A DNA stretch of 64,000 nt from an uncultured bacterium (GTDB taxonomy: Bacteria; Oederibacteriota; PGYV01; CAWJRG01): the NCBI GenBank assembly GCA_963845185.1, contig CAWJRG010000011.1, forward strand, positions 1-64,000, written 5' to 3'. The notes beneath the pieces are model-generated. The model was not told the origin of the DNA. It did no database searches and worked only from the letters and a program-made list of their open reading frames with translations. Below are positions 47,299-57,318 of this stretch, one piece after another. Each line of letters begins with the position of its first letter. Position 1 is the first letter of the stretch. A program made the position numbers and the translations under genes.

Positions 47299-48555
47299 CT
47301 AAATCTCGCCGAGCAAAACGTAGCCGTTGCCTAGCGCCTGCCTTGGCTTTGACGCGAATTCAAGCCTGATAACCGCAATCTGCGCTGTCTTGTCCGGGCA
47401 TTTTTCAGGCAGACCGCACAAGACCAGCCTTTTTTTTGTCTGGATAAAGCTAATTTTTTTACCTGTATCCAGAAAAGACGCTTTTTTTAATCTTGACTTC
47501 AGCCCGCCTATGGCAAGCTCTGTCCCCGGCCACCTGGTGCACCAGTAATACATTGTATTTAGCTTGCGTGTCCACCAGCCCGTAAGCATCCACTCCATAT
47601 TTTCTACAGCATCAACTTTGCCGTACACTGCTTCGCCATATTTTGAGAGCCACTTCCCTACAGTAAACAGCCTTTGTTTTGCCTCTTCAGGCACGCTGCC
47701 GTCCGGCTTTGGCCCAATGTTCAGCAGCAAATTACCCTCTCCGGCAGTGCAGGTACGAAGCATATCAAGGACTTTGCGGCTTGAGAGCCAGTCTTCTGCC
47801 GGGGCCTGCTGATATCCCCACGCGCCGTTAAATGTCATGCACGCCTCCCATGCGCGTCCTTTTTTCTCTGCTTTTATATGCTCTTCGGGTGTGCCGAAAT
47901 CCTCGTCAATATACGCGCGGTTGTTTATTATTATATGGGGCTGCAAATCCCTGGCCATCTGGTTCATTTTATATGATTCCCATTTTTCAGCCGTGTCAAG
48001 CGGCCACGCCATGTCGTACCAGAGTATGTCTATGTTCCCGTAGTTTGTCATCAGTTCCCGTACGCACCCCTGCGTGAAATCCAGGAACCTCCTTCTTGCC
48101 CCTTTATTTTTCGCACAAAGCGCACCGTCGGGATGGTGCCAATCCATGAGCGAATAATAAAAACCTATTTTCAGCCCGAACTCCCTGCACGCGTCCACGT
48201 ATTCGCGCACAAGGTCCCTGCCCAGCCTCTGCTTAAAGGCGTTGTAGTCATGCTGCTTCGTGTCCCACAAACAAAAACCCTCATGGTGTTTTGTGGTCAT
48301 TACCATATATTTCATGCCTGCTGTTTTCGCGAACCATGCCCATTCGCGTGCTGCGTTTGGCTTCGGGTGCCAGGTCCCGGCAAGCTTCTCGTAGTCCTTA
48401 ATTGGTATTCTCTCCCTGTTCATTGCCCACTCGTGCCTGGCAAGTTGTGAGTAAAGCCCCCAGTGTATGAACATGCCGAACCTCGCGTCGTGCCACCACT
48501 TCATCCTCTCCTGCCTTGTCTTTGCCGTCCATTTTATATATTCTTTTTTCGTCAT
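47299..48555 (-). CDS. Alpha-L-fucosidase (GH29)
   Basis: WWHDARFGMFIHWG, TTKHHEGF, YYSLMDW, LWYD, GNLLLNIGP; likely start MTKKEY. Confidence 0.92.
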   Translation of the reverse strand: MTKKEYIKWTAKTRQERMKWWHDARFGMFIHWGLYSQLARHEWAMNRERIPIKDYEKLAGTWHPKPNAAREWAWFAKTAGMKYMVMTTKHHEGFCLWDTKQHDYNAFKQRLGRDLVREYVDACREFGLKIGFYYSLMDWHHPDGALCAKNKGARRRFLDFTQGCVRELMTNYGNIDILWYDMAWPLDTAEKWESYKMNQMARDLQPHIIINNRAYIDEDFGTPEEHIKAEKKGRAWEACMTFNGAWGYQQAPAEDWLSSRKVLDMLRTCTAGEGNLLLNIGPKPDGSVPEEAKQRLFTVGKWLSKYGEAVYGKVDAVENMEWMLTGWWTRKLNTMYYWCTRWPGTELAIGGLKSRLKKASFLDTGKKISFIQTKKRLVLCGLPEKCPDKTAQIAVIRLEFASKPRQALGNGYVLLGEI

Positions 48556-48560
48556 TCTAT

Positions 48561-50636
48561 TTACCCGCTTTTGCCCTGGCTCATAATCTTCGCGCATTTC
48601 TCAGCTGCGATTGCCGCGAAATCCGTGATTGCCGTTATTATATACTTGTCCTGCGGGAGCATGAGCGCATAATCGGTATTAAGCGCTATTACGCCGACCG
48701 TGGAATTTTTCGTGTTCATTGGTATGAACACGAATTCAGACGCCACAAGCGAGCGCGTGCCCTTTCCGGCAGGCTCGCCCTTTTCATACACCCAGGACGC
48801 TATCGCGTAGTCGTTTTGCGCGATTTCCAGCGCATCCTCTGACCGGGCCCAAATCTTTATTTTCCCGTCCATGTCCTTGAATATGACCATATTGAGCGAC
48901 TTGACGGCCTTGGCAAGGTAGCTTGATATAATGCCTGCAATCTGCTCTAGTATGTCTATGTTTATCAGCTGTATTGTCTCTACCATTTCCCTGTTCCTGC
49001 TTTCCATGGACGTGTCGAGCACCTGCTCTATGGTCGGCACTCCAAGGAGTTCCCTGCCCATCTGCTCCAGTACCCTGATATTTTCCAACCGCAGCCTCAA
49101 TGCCTGCTGCTGCCTGTGGAAAAGCCTTGCTATCTCTCCTACGATTGCCGCCGTAGTGAGGAATATGACGAATTCCACTGCGTATTCGGGCTTGGCAATG
49201 GTAAAGCTGTAAATCGGCGGCACAAATAAAAAATCATATAATAATATCGACATTATTGAGACAAAAATTGACGGCCATGTGCCCAGCATAAAGGCGCTGG
49301 CGACAACTGCGATTATGAATATTATGGAAAAATTTTCTATTTTAAAAGTATATTTCAGTAAAAAACCGAGGGCAACGACAGGCACCAGCATAAGAAGGCT
49401 GTATATATAGTCCACTGGCTTGAAAACAGGCATGTATTTTTTCCGCCCGGATTCTTTTTCTTTTTCCGCGGTCTCGAGGCTTGGCTCTATCAGGTAAATG
49501 TCTATGTCTTTCCTGTAATTAATGAGCCTGTCCACGGGCGAAGGGATGAAGAAATTAAAAAATGTCTTTTTCACAGGCTTGCCTATCATTATCCTGGTTA
49601 TTTTTTCCTGCTCGCAGAAATGTATGAGTTCTTCCGACACGTCGTTTCCTGAAAGCGTCCTTACCTTTGCGCCGAGTTCCTCGGCGAATTCCAGGGTGGA
49701 CGCGAGCTTTGCCCTGTCCTGCACGTCGAGCTGAAGCGCGGAAAGCGAATCCACGTACACCGCATACCACTCTGCTTTTATCTCCTCGGCAAGCTGGAAA
49801 GCCTTGCGTATAAGCTGCTTTGCGTACGGGCTCGGCGATATGCACACAAGCAGGCGCTCGGTTACGGGCCACGGGCCCACGATTGCCTTTGCCTTCATGT
49901 AATTCACAAGCTCAGAGTCCAGTTTTGTCGCAACCCTGCGCAGCGTTATCTCACGCAGGGCGAGAAGGTTCGAGCGCTTAAAAAACTGGTCCACAGCGAG
50001 CTTTGCCTGTTCGGGTATATAAACCTTGCCTTCTTTGAGCCTTATATGGAGCTCCTCTATGGGGATATCCACCACTTCTATTTCGTCGGCCTGGTCGAGC
50101 ATGGAATCCGGCACGGTCTCCTGTACTTTTATGCCCGTAACTCCCGCGACAATGTCGTTGACGCTCTCAAAATGCTGTATGTTTACTGTGGTATATACGT
50201 CTATATTGTTCCAGGCAAGTTCAAGCACGTCCTGGTATCTTTTTAAATGGGTGCTGCCGGGCGCGTTTGTATGCGCCAGCTCGTCCACGAGCACGAGTTT
50301 CGGCCTGCGTTTTATGACAGCCGCAGTGTCGAATTCGTTCAGGGTTACGTTCTTGTACTTTACTTCCTTGAGCGGGATTATCTCAAAACCTTCAAGGAGC
50401 GCCTGGGTTTCCCCCCTTTTATGCGTTTCGACAACGCCTATGACCACGTCAACGCCGCGCTGCTTTAACGCGCGCGCCTGTTCGAGCATGGAATATGTCT
50501 TTCCCACACCCGGCGCGTAGCCCAGGAATATCTTCACTGCCCCTTTTGTTGCCTGCTCTTTTTTCATTTCATCGAGCAAAGCCTCCGGGTCAGGTTTCAG
50601 CATATTGTCATCTGCCAATGTTTTTCTCCCTTTCAT
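48561..50636 (-). CDS. kdpD: KdpD-like sensor lacking the histidine kinase domains
   Basis: GYAPGVGKT, VDELAHTN, Usp domain, 4 TM, GAF, then stop; no HisKA/HATPase. Confidence 0.88.
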   Translation of the reverse strand: MKGRKTLADDNMLKPDPEALLDEMKKEQATKGAVKIFLGYAPGVGKTYSMLEQARALKQRGVDVVIGVVETHKRGETQALLEGFEIIPLKEVKYKNVTLNEFDTAAVIKRRPKLVLVDELAHTNAPGSTHLKRYQDVLELAWNNIDVYTTVNIQHFESVNDIVAGVTGIKVQETVPDSMLDQADEIEVVDIPIEELHIRLKEGKVYIPEQAKLAVDQFFKRSNLLALREITLRRVATKLDSELVNYMKAKAIVGPWPVTERLLVCISPSPYAKQLIRKAFQLAEEIKAEWYAVYVDSLSALQLDVQDRAKLASTLEFAEELGAKVRTLSGNDVSEELIHFCEQEKITRIMIGKPVKKTFFNFFIPSPVDRLINYRKDIDIYLIEPSLETAEKEKESGRKKYMPVFKPVDYIYSLLMLVPVVALGFLLKYTFKIENFSIIFIIAVVASAFMLGTWPSIFVSIMSILLYDFLFVPPIYSFTIAKPEYAVEFVIFLTTAAIVGEIARLFHRQQQALRLRLENIRVLEQMGRELLGVPTIEQVLDTSMESRNREMVETIQLINIDILEQIAGIISSYLAKAVKSLNMVIFKDMDGKIKIWARSEDALEIAQNDYAIASWVYEKGEPAGKGTRSLVASEFVFIPMNTKNSTVGVIALNTDYALMLPQDKYIITAITDFAAIAAEKCAKIMSQGKSG

Positions 50637-50693
50637 GAATTTTCCTTATTATATCAGTTGCTTCCTTTTAGTCAACTGGCCTTGCTTTAGCTT

Positions 50694-50996
50694 TTATTTA
50701 CTAAAGCTGTCCGCGGCTGTTGCCTTGGCCGCGAGCTTCAGCTCTGCCTTTGCCTGGCTGAGCAAATCCATTGCTTTCTGCGTGTGCCCGGCCGCGTCAA
50801 ACTCATTGGCTTTTTTTGCGGCCGAAAGTTTTGTATATGCCTTTTTCACCAGTTTTTGCGCCGCGGCAACATTCGGATGGCTCCCGTTTGTGTCATTAAA
50901 TAAATCATTAGGAACATCTACTGCAAAGGTTGTGCTGGTTATTAAAATCAATAAACTTGCGGCAAACAATAAAACTGTCATTTTATTCATTTTCAA
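50694..50996 (-). CDS. Small secreted helical protein
   Basis: Signal peptide; HPNVAAAQ..ANEFD.GH..KA..LL pattern; within the kdp operon. Confidence 0.7.
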   Translation of the reverse strand: MKMNKMTVLLFAASLLILITSTTFAVDVPNDLFNDTNGSHPNVAAAQKLVKKAYTKLSAAKKANEFDAAGHTQKAMDLLSQAKAELKLAAKATAADSFSK

Positions 50997-51025
50997 ACCT
51001 CCAGGTTGTGCCTTCCGCCGGCAGA

Positions 51026-51613
51026 TTATTTCGCGTTAGCGTCAAGGTAAATGTTGAGCTCAAGCACATTTGTCCTTTCCGGTCCTATAAAACCAAGAAA
51101 CGGCTTTTTGGTAAATTTATTTATGGCGTCTATGACTATCTTTTCATCGAGCTTGCGCGCTTTTGCCACACGGCCTGCCTGCCACACGGCATCGGTTTTT
51201 GTTATTTCAGGGTCCAGCCCGCTCGCAGACGCTGTCAGCATATCGTCGGGTATTTTATCTTTATTGCCCTTGTTCAACTTTTTCTCGGCATCCAGCCTTT
51301 TCATAAAGGCAGCCACAAGGTCAGGGTTTGTCGGAGCAAGGTTTGACCCGCCCGAGCTTACAGCGTTAAAAGTGTTTACATTATAGTCAGGGTCAATTGC
51401 AGACGGCCTGGCATGGAAATATCCAGGCTTTTCAAACTTCTGCGCTATCAGCCTGCTGCCTATAACCGTGCTGTTCTTTGTGATAAGGCTGCCTTCTGCC
51501 TGCTTGGGAAAAACAAGCTTTGCAACACCCCATACAAATACAGGGTAAATTATGCCTGTCAGCAATGTAAAAATTCCGAGCATTGTTATTGATGTCATCA
51601 GTATTTTCTTCAT
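51026..51613 (-). CDS. kdpC: K+-transporting ATPase subunit C
   Basis: GSRLIAQ, YFHARPSA, SGGSNL, TASASGLDP, NVLELN. Confidence 0.96.
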   Translation of the reverse strand: MKKILMTSITMLGIFTLLTGIIYPVFVWGVAKLVFPKQAEGSLITKNSTVIGSRLIAQKFEKPGYFHARPSAIDPDYNVNTFNAVSSGGSNLAPTNPDLVAAFMKRLDAEKKLNKGNKDKIPDDMLTASASGLDPEITKTDAVWQAGRVAKARKLDEKIVIDAINKFTKKPFLGFIGPERTNVLELNIYLDANAK

Positions 51614-51663
51614 GTGTACATCTCCAATCTTATATGTTTTTTATTTTGTAGAGAGGCGGCTTG

Positions 51664-53277
51664 GAGTCTGTCTCAAAACTCTTTTAAACGCCTTGCATTG
51701 CCTACACTTATCGCGTTTTTTAGCCCCTATCTTTATTATTTCTCTTCTTTTCGATTTGTGGTTCTTTTCTTGTCAGGTTGCGAACCTTAATTTAACCTTA
51801 CCTTCCCTCCACAAGGCATACATTGTCTTTATGTTATGGGCGGCGCATATAAAAGACCATTGTGTTTTTACGCTTTCGATTCCTCTAACACTAAATCTTG
51901 TAAAACCAAGTACGTTTTTTATACGTCCCAATAATGGCTCAACTATTGTTTTTCTCTTTCGAAGCTGTTCTTTCCAGTTATTGGCCCTAGCTTCTTCTCT
52001 GTATATTGACACTATCTCCTCATACTCATGCTTATTTGCTTCTATTATCCTTCCGGATTTTACCTTGCTGCATTCGTATTTATAAATACAATCCCTATGA
52101 TCCCCGCATCGGTATATCATTGTCTCTTTTCCGTTTTTCTTCTTCCTTATACTGGTATATTCAAGCCTGCCATTTTTAGGACATACATATTCGTTTTTTT
52201 CTTTGTCGTATTTAAAATGCGCTTTGCCATACGGCCTATCGCTGTCATCCTCCGGCAAGTTAACAATTATATTCCTTTTTTCTTCTTTGGCTTTTGCCAG
52301 TTCTTCCGGTGAATAATACCCTCCATCCGCAAGCGTTACTCCTGATTTTTGTCCGGTATTCGACTCTGCTTTTTCTATCATATCATTCAGCATGTGAGCA
52401 TCCGATTCCTTGTTTGTCACATTCTCTGCCACAATTATCTGTTTCTTTGCGTCCACAACAACCTGTGAGTTATATGCCTGTTGCAGTCCTTTACCTCTTG
52501 TCATCACGAACCGGCTGTCTCTATCTGTGGGGTTTTCAGTTGTTTTTCCTTCACTTTTCATACGTTCTATATGTTCTCTTATTACCTGACGCAGTTTCTC
52601 CTTTTCCTGCAATTCTTTTGGCATTCCGCACTTACTTTTGTCCTCTTCATCGTCTTGTTCGTCATTTTTCTCAATTTCCACCATTATTTTGTCTATTTCT
52701 CTGTCTAATTCTTGTATTTTTTTATTCATGTCTTTTATTGTTTTGGTCTTTTCCTTATTTACATCTGCCTGTATTTTTGTGCCGTCCACGGCTTGAATTT
52801 CAAAACCAACCAAATTGTTGTTTGTTGCCACACGCACCGTCTCCTTCAGTAAAACCCTTATCTGCTCTTTATTTCCTTTAAAAAATCTCCATAGCGTATT
52901 ATGGTCGGGATGATTATTCCCGGTTATCCATATCATCCCCATTGAATCGTAAGTCATTTTTTCAACTTTTCTGCTGCTCTTTTTTCCTTCCAGTATGCCG
53001 TACATCCATGCCCCAAGTAAAAAATCTACAAAATATCCCGGTCTTCCGGTTTCTTCTTCCATTTTAAAACCCATCTCTTCAAGCGGTAATTCTTCTACGA
53101 ATTCTACGACAAATCGAGCTAAATGATCTTTTGAAACCCAATCTTCTATTGCCGGTGGCAGTAGATACATTTGATTTCTATCGGCTCTTATCGTTGGCAT
53201 TTGGTTTCTCCTTCGCTAAATTTTGAAACCATTATACCATTTATGTCAAAGAATTAAGAGGCTTTTGAGACAGACTC
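51664..53277 (-). mobile_element. IS1182-family element (distinct species, 1614 bp) with 4-bp TSD CTTG
   Basis: IR GAGTCTGTCTCAAAA at both ends; CTTG at 51660-51663 and 53278-53281. Confidence 0.93.
51773..53200 (-). CDS. IS1182 transposase (intact)
   Basis: SSRKVE, PDHNTL, VDGTK, TDRDSR, LADGGY, RK.IVEP. Confidence 0.93.
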   Translation of the reverse strand: MPTIRADRNQMYLLPPAIEDWVSKDHLARFVVEFVEELPLEEMGFKMEEETGRPGYFVDFLLGAWMYGILEGKKSSRKVEKMTYDSMGMIWITGNNHPDHNTLWRFFKGNKEQIRVLLKETVRVATNNNLVGFEIQAVDGTKIQADVNKEKTKTIKDMNKKIQELDREIDKIMVEIEKNDEQDDEEDKSKCGMPKELQEKEKLRQVIREHIERMKSEGKTTENPTDRDSRFVMTRGKGLQQAYNSQVVVDAKKQIIVAENVTNKESDAHMLNDMIEKAESNTGQKSGVTLADGGYYSPEELAKAKEEKRNIIVNLPEDDSDRPYGKAHFKYDKEKNEYVCPKNGRLEYTSIRKKKNGKETMIYRCGDHRDCIYKYECSKVKSGRIIEANKHEYEEIVSIYREEARANNWKEQLRKRKTIVEPLLGRIKNVLGFTRFSVRGIESVKTQWSFICAAHNIKTMYALWREGKVKLRFAT

Positions 53278-53323
53278 CTTGCCCCTTCTCTACAAATATT
53301 GGTATCCCTATTCCCGATTCCCA

Positions 53324-55387
53324 TCAGTGTGTTATTCCCATCATTACTATTAATATGTCTATAATCTTTATCCCTATAAACGGCAGTATTACGCCGCCAA
53401 GCCCGTAAATAAACAAATTCACCCTCAAAAGGCTTGCTGCAGACTGAGGCTTGTATGGCACGCCGCGCAAAGCAAGCGGTATGAGCGCCGGTATGACGAT
53501 TGCGTTGAAAATGATTGCCGAGAGTATGGCGCTCGATGGCGATGTCAGCTTCATTATATTAAGCGCCGACATTGCCGGGAACATGGCCATGAGCATGGCC
53601 GGTATAATGGCAAAATATTTTGCCACGTCGTTGGCTATGGAAAAAGTCGTAAGCGAACCGCGCGTAATCAGTATCTGCTTGCCTACTTCGACGACTTCTA
53701 TGACCTTTGTCGGGTTTGAGTCCAGGTCAAGCATATTTCCTGCTTCCCTAGCTGCTGCTGTCCCTGTGTTCATGGCTATGCCCACGTCAGCCTGCGCGAG
53801 GGCAGGCGCGTCGTTTGTGCCGTCGCCTATCATCGCGACCATGTGGCCGTCTTTCTGGTACTTCCTTATAAGCGCGAGCTTTGCCTCAGGCTTCGCATTC
53901 GAAAGAAAGTCGTTCACGCCTGCCTCTGCCGCAATGGACGCTGCTGTCACTGGATTATCGCCTGTTATCATGACGCTTTTGATTCCCATAAGGTTGAGCT
54001 GGGACAGCCGCTCCTTTATGCCGCCTTTTAAAATATCCTTTAAATAAATCACACCGAGTATCCTCGCATTTTTCGCGACAACGAGCGGAGTGCCGCCCTT
54101 TACTGCCACTGACTCCACAAGGGACTTTAAATCCGCAGGTATGGCTGCGTTCCTGTCCAGGGACTTTACGAATTCCTCCACCGAGTCGGCAGCGCCTTTC
54201 CTTATTTTGTCCCCGTTCACGTCGCAGCCGCTCATGCGTGATTCCGCAGTGAATGGTATAAAATTGACCTTGTCAGAAGACCCGAATTCATGCTGGCGTA
54301 TGTTGAATTTCCTTTTTGCCAGGACCACTACTGACCTGCCCTCGGGTGTATCGTCTGAAAGCGATGAATACTGCGCTGCCAGCGCGAGTTCCTGCTCTTC
54401 CACTCCTTTAACCGAAAGGAACTGGTCAGCCTGCCTGTTTCCGAGCGTTATAGTGCCTGTCTTGTCCAGCAGCACTACATCCACGTCTCCCGCGGCCTCG
54501 ACCGACCTTCCTGAGAACGCAAGCACGTTTATCTTAAGAAGCCTGTTCATGCCCGCGATACCTATTGCCGAAAGCAGGGCTCCGATGGTCGTCGGCGCGA
54601 GCGCCACAAAAAGCGAAACAAGCTGGGTTATAGTAAAAGTCCCTTTTAAAAACTGCGCGTAAGGCTGCAGCGTCGCGGTCGCCAGAAGGAATATGAATGT
54701 AAGCGCTATAAGCACAAGGTTAAGCGCGATTTCATTCGGCGTTTTTTTTCTGACAGCGCCCTCGACCAGGGCTATCATTTTATCCAGGAAACTCTCACCA
54801 GGGTTCGATGTTATCATGTAAACTATCCTGTCGGAGAGTATTTTTGTGCCGCCTATCACGCTCGAGCGGTCGCCGCCAGCTTCCCTTATGACAGGCGCGG
54901 ACTCGCCCGTCACAGCTGACTCGTCAATGCTCGCTATGCCCTTTATTATCTCGCCGTCGCCGGCTATTATATCCCCGGGTTCACCTATGCACAGGTCTCC
55001 TTTTTTAAGGGACGATGCCGGTGTCAGGTCAAAAGTAACAGAGTCTTTTTCCTGCGCTTTTTTGGCCATTAAATCCTTTTTTGCCTTTTTAAGCGAGTCT
55101 GCCGTGGCCTTTCCCCTGCTTTCTGCCATGGCCTCGGCAAAATTCGCGAATACTACGGTCAGCCAGAGCCATACGCTTATGTGCAAAGTCAGGATATTGC
55201 CCGGCCTGTCAGCGCCTGACATGGTGCCGTAGATAAAATATACTGTCGTGAGTATGGCTCCTATTTCCACGCAAAACATGACCGGATTCTTCCACATTTC
55301 AGCCGGATTTAGCTTGATAAAAGAATTGCCCGAGGCTTCTTTCCATATTTCCCTGTTAATCTGTTTTGTTTTTTCCTTGTTGTCCAT
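53324..55387 (-). CDS. kdpB: K+-transporting P-type ATPase subunit B
   Basis: [29 protein letters not shown]. Confidence 0.97.
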   Translation of the reverse strand: MDNKEKTKQINREIWKEASGNSFIKLNPAEMWKNPVMFCVEIGAILTTVYFIYGTMSGADRPGNILTLHISVWLWLTVVFANFAEAMAESRGKATADSLKKAKKDLMAKKAQEKDSVTFDLTPASSLKKGDLCIGEPGDIIAGDGEIIKGIASIDESAVTGESAPVIREAGGDRSSVIGGTKILSDRIVYMITSNPGESFLDKMIALVEGAVRKKTPNEIALNLVLIALTFIFLLATATLQPYAQFLKGTFTITQLVSLFVALAPTTIGALLSAIGIAGMNRLLKINVLAFSGRSVEAAGDVDVVLLDKTGTITLGNRQADQFLSVKGVEEQELALAAQYSSLSDDTPEGRSVVVLAKRKFNIRQHEFGSSDKVNFIPFTAESRMSGCDVNGDKIRKGAADSVEEFVKSLDRNAAIPADLKSLVESVAVKGGTPLVVAKNARILGVIYLKDILKGGIKERLSQLNLMGIKSVMITGDNPVTAASIAAEAGVNDFLSNAKPEAKLALIRKYQKDGHMVAMIGDGTNDAPALAQADVGIAMNTGTAAAREAGNMLDLDSNPTKVIEVVEVGKQILITRGSLTTFSIANDVAKYFAIIPAMLMAMFPAMSALNIMKLTSPSSAILSAIIFNAIVIPALIPLALRGVPYKPQSAASLLRVNLFIYGLGGVILPFIGIKIIDILIVMMGITH

Positions 55388-55402
55388 TTTGTTTTACCTC
55401 AG

Positions 55403-57127
55403 TTAGTGGATGCTGCTGAAAAGCTGCATGTGCTCCGCAATCGGTCCCATTGTCAGGGCAGGCAGGAATGTCAGCCCGCCTACCAGCAATATTATCATTA
55501 CAAGCATAAAAGCAAATAGGGCGTCATTTGTAGTAAGCGTGCCTACCGAAGATGGCGTTATTTTCTTGTTCGCGAGCCTGCCTGCAAGCGCAAGCACAAG
55601 GACCAGCGGCACGAACCTGCCAAAAAACATGTTGATGGAAAGCATGATGTTCCAGAAGTTTATATTTGCATTAAGCCCGGCAAATGCCGAGCCGTTGTTT
55701 GCCACAGAGGAAGTCGCTGCGTATAACAGCTGCGAAAACCCGTGCGGCCCCGGGTTTGAAGTTGATTTGACTGCGTCAGGGACATAAATTGCTATTGCAG
55801 AAAGCAGGAGCATAAGTATTGAGGAGAATATAGCTGCAGCCACGGTCAGCTGTATCTCGATTGGCCCTATTTTTTTTCCCAGGTATTCCGGAGTCCTGCC
55901 TACCATGAGCCCTGCGATAAAAACCGTAATTATAGCGTAAAGCAGGAGCGTATAAAGGCCCGATCCCACTCCGCCCGGTATCAGTTCGCCAACCTGCATG
56001 TCAAAAAGCTCTATGAGCCCTGTCAAAGGCATATTGCTGTCATGCATGTTATTTACTGCGCCGCACGAAGTAACTGTGGTAACAACCGAGAAAAGCGGCG
56101 ACTGACCGCCCAGGAACCTTGTCTCCTTGCCCTCGGTATTGCCGTTTAAAAACGAAACGCTGCTTCCTGCGCTTTTAGCCAGCAAAGGGTTTGCCGTGTT
56201 TTCTGCAAATATTGCTCCTATTACAAGCAGCACCACCGTGATAAAAACAGCGTAAAAAAGCGCCCTGCCCTGCTTTATGTCGCCGCTGTATTTGCCGAAA
56301 GTAAATATCAGGCCCATGGAAATAAGGAGGATAAAGAACATTTCCAGTATATTTGTCAAAGGCGTCGGGTTCTCGTACGGATGCGCTGAATTTGCGTTAA
56401 AAAATCCGCCTCCGTTTGTCCCGAGCATCTTTATGGCAATCTGCGACGCTACAGGCCCCTGCGGTATCACCTGAGTGGCGCCTTCCAGAGTCCTTGCCTG
56501 AGTGTAAGCGGAAAAATTCTGCGGTGTGCCCTGCCATACAAGCACCAGCGCGCCGATAAGGGCTATTGGCAGGAGTATATATAATGTAGTTCGGGTCAGG
56601 TCAACCCAGAAATTCCCTATTGCCTGCGCTTCTTTGCGTACAAGCCCCCTGACCAGGGCTATTGATACGGCAATGCCTGTGGCAGCGGACAAAAAATTCT
56701 GCACGGCAAGACCTGCCATCTGTGAGAAATAGCTCATGGTTGTTTCAGGAGTGTAAGCCTGCCAGTTGGTATTCGTGACAAACGATACTGCCGTATTCAG
56801 CGCCATCCATGCGTTCTGCGCCCCGAGTTTTAGAGGGTTAAGCGGCAAAAATCCCTGCAGCATGATGATTGCAAAAAGTAATACTATCCCCAGGACGTTA
56901 AAAACCATCAGCGATATGGCGTAAGCCACCCAAGTTTGTTCGTTTTCGCTTTCAACGCTTGATAGTTTATATATCATGTTTTCAAGCGGCAAAAATACAG
57001 GGGATAAAAATGTCTTCTTGCCCGAGAATACATTATACATATACGAGCCAAAAGGCCTTGCTGCAATAAGAATCAGTACAAAAAAGGAAACTATTTCACC
57101 AAAAATTTTCCAGTTCATATGCACCAC
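55403..57127 (-). CDS. kdpA: K+-transporting ATPase subunit A
   Basis: SFVTNTNWQ, GTNGGG, SCGAVN, ANNGSAFAG. Confidence 0.97.
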   Translation of the reverse strand: MVHMNWKIFGEIVSFFVLILIAARPFGSYMYNVFSGKKTFLSPVFLPLENMIYKLSSVESENEQTWVAYAISLMVFNVLGIVLLFAIIMLQGFLPLNPLKLGAQNAWMALNTAVSFVTNTNWQAYTPETTMSYFSQMAGLAVQNFLSAATGIAVSIALVRGLVRKEAQAIGNFWVDLTRTTLYILLPIALIGALVLVWQGTPQNFSAYTQARTLEGATQVIPQGPVASQIAIKMLGTNGGGFFNANSAHPYENPTPLTNILEMFFILLISMGLIFTFGKYSGDIKQGRALFYAVFITVVLLVIGAIFAENTANPLLAKSAGSSVSFLNGNTEGKETRFLGGQSPLFSVVTTVTSCGAVNNMHDSNMPLTGLIELFDMQVGELIPGGVGSGLYTLLLYAIITVFIAGLMVGRTPEYLGKKIGPIEIQLTVAAAIFSSILMLLLSAIAIYVPDAVKSTSNPGPHGFSQLLYAATSSVANNGSAFAGLNANINFWNIMLSINMFFGRFVPLVLVLALAGRLANKKITPSSVGTLTTNDALFAFMLVMIILLVGGLTFLPALTMGPIAEHMQLFSSIH

Positions 57128-57204
57128 TACTCCTTTACATTAAAGAAAGCATAGATAAGGTAAACAAATAGAAAAATTGCAATTACCAGCGCCGCAATCC
57201 ACAT
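57127..57204 (-). CDS. kdpF: KdpF small subunit (25 aa; not in the ORF track)
   Basis: MWIAALVIAIFLFVYLIYAFFNVKE with SD AAGGAG; its stop overlaps the kdpA GTG. Confidence 0.85.
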   Translation of the reverse strand: MWIAALVIAIFLFVYLIYAFFNVKE

Positions 57205-57218
57205 GGTTTTTCTCCTTG

Positions 57219-57318
57219 GAGTCCGTTGATTTTGCCGGGCGTCAACAGCAGAGGCAAAATCTTACGGAGTCTTGTAACCGCTCCAGCACGAGGCCGCCAG
57301 GCCCAGGACAAGTGGTAC
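57219..57318 (-). ncRNA. Unknown two-hairpin RNA motif, copy B (kdpF leader)
   Basis: Abuts the kdpF SD; aligns with copies A and C. Confidence 0.65.
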
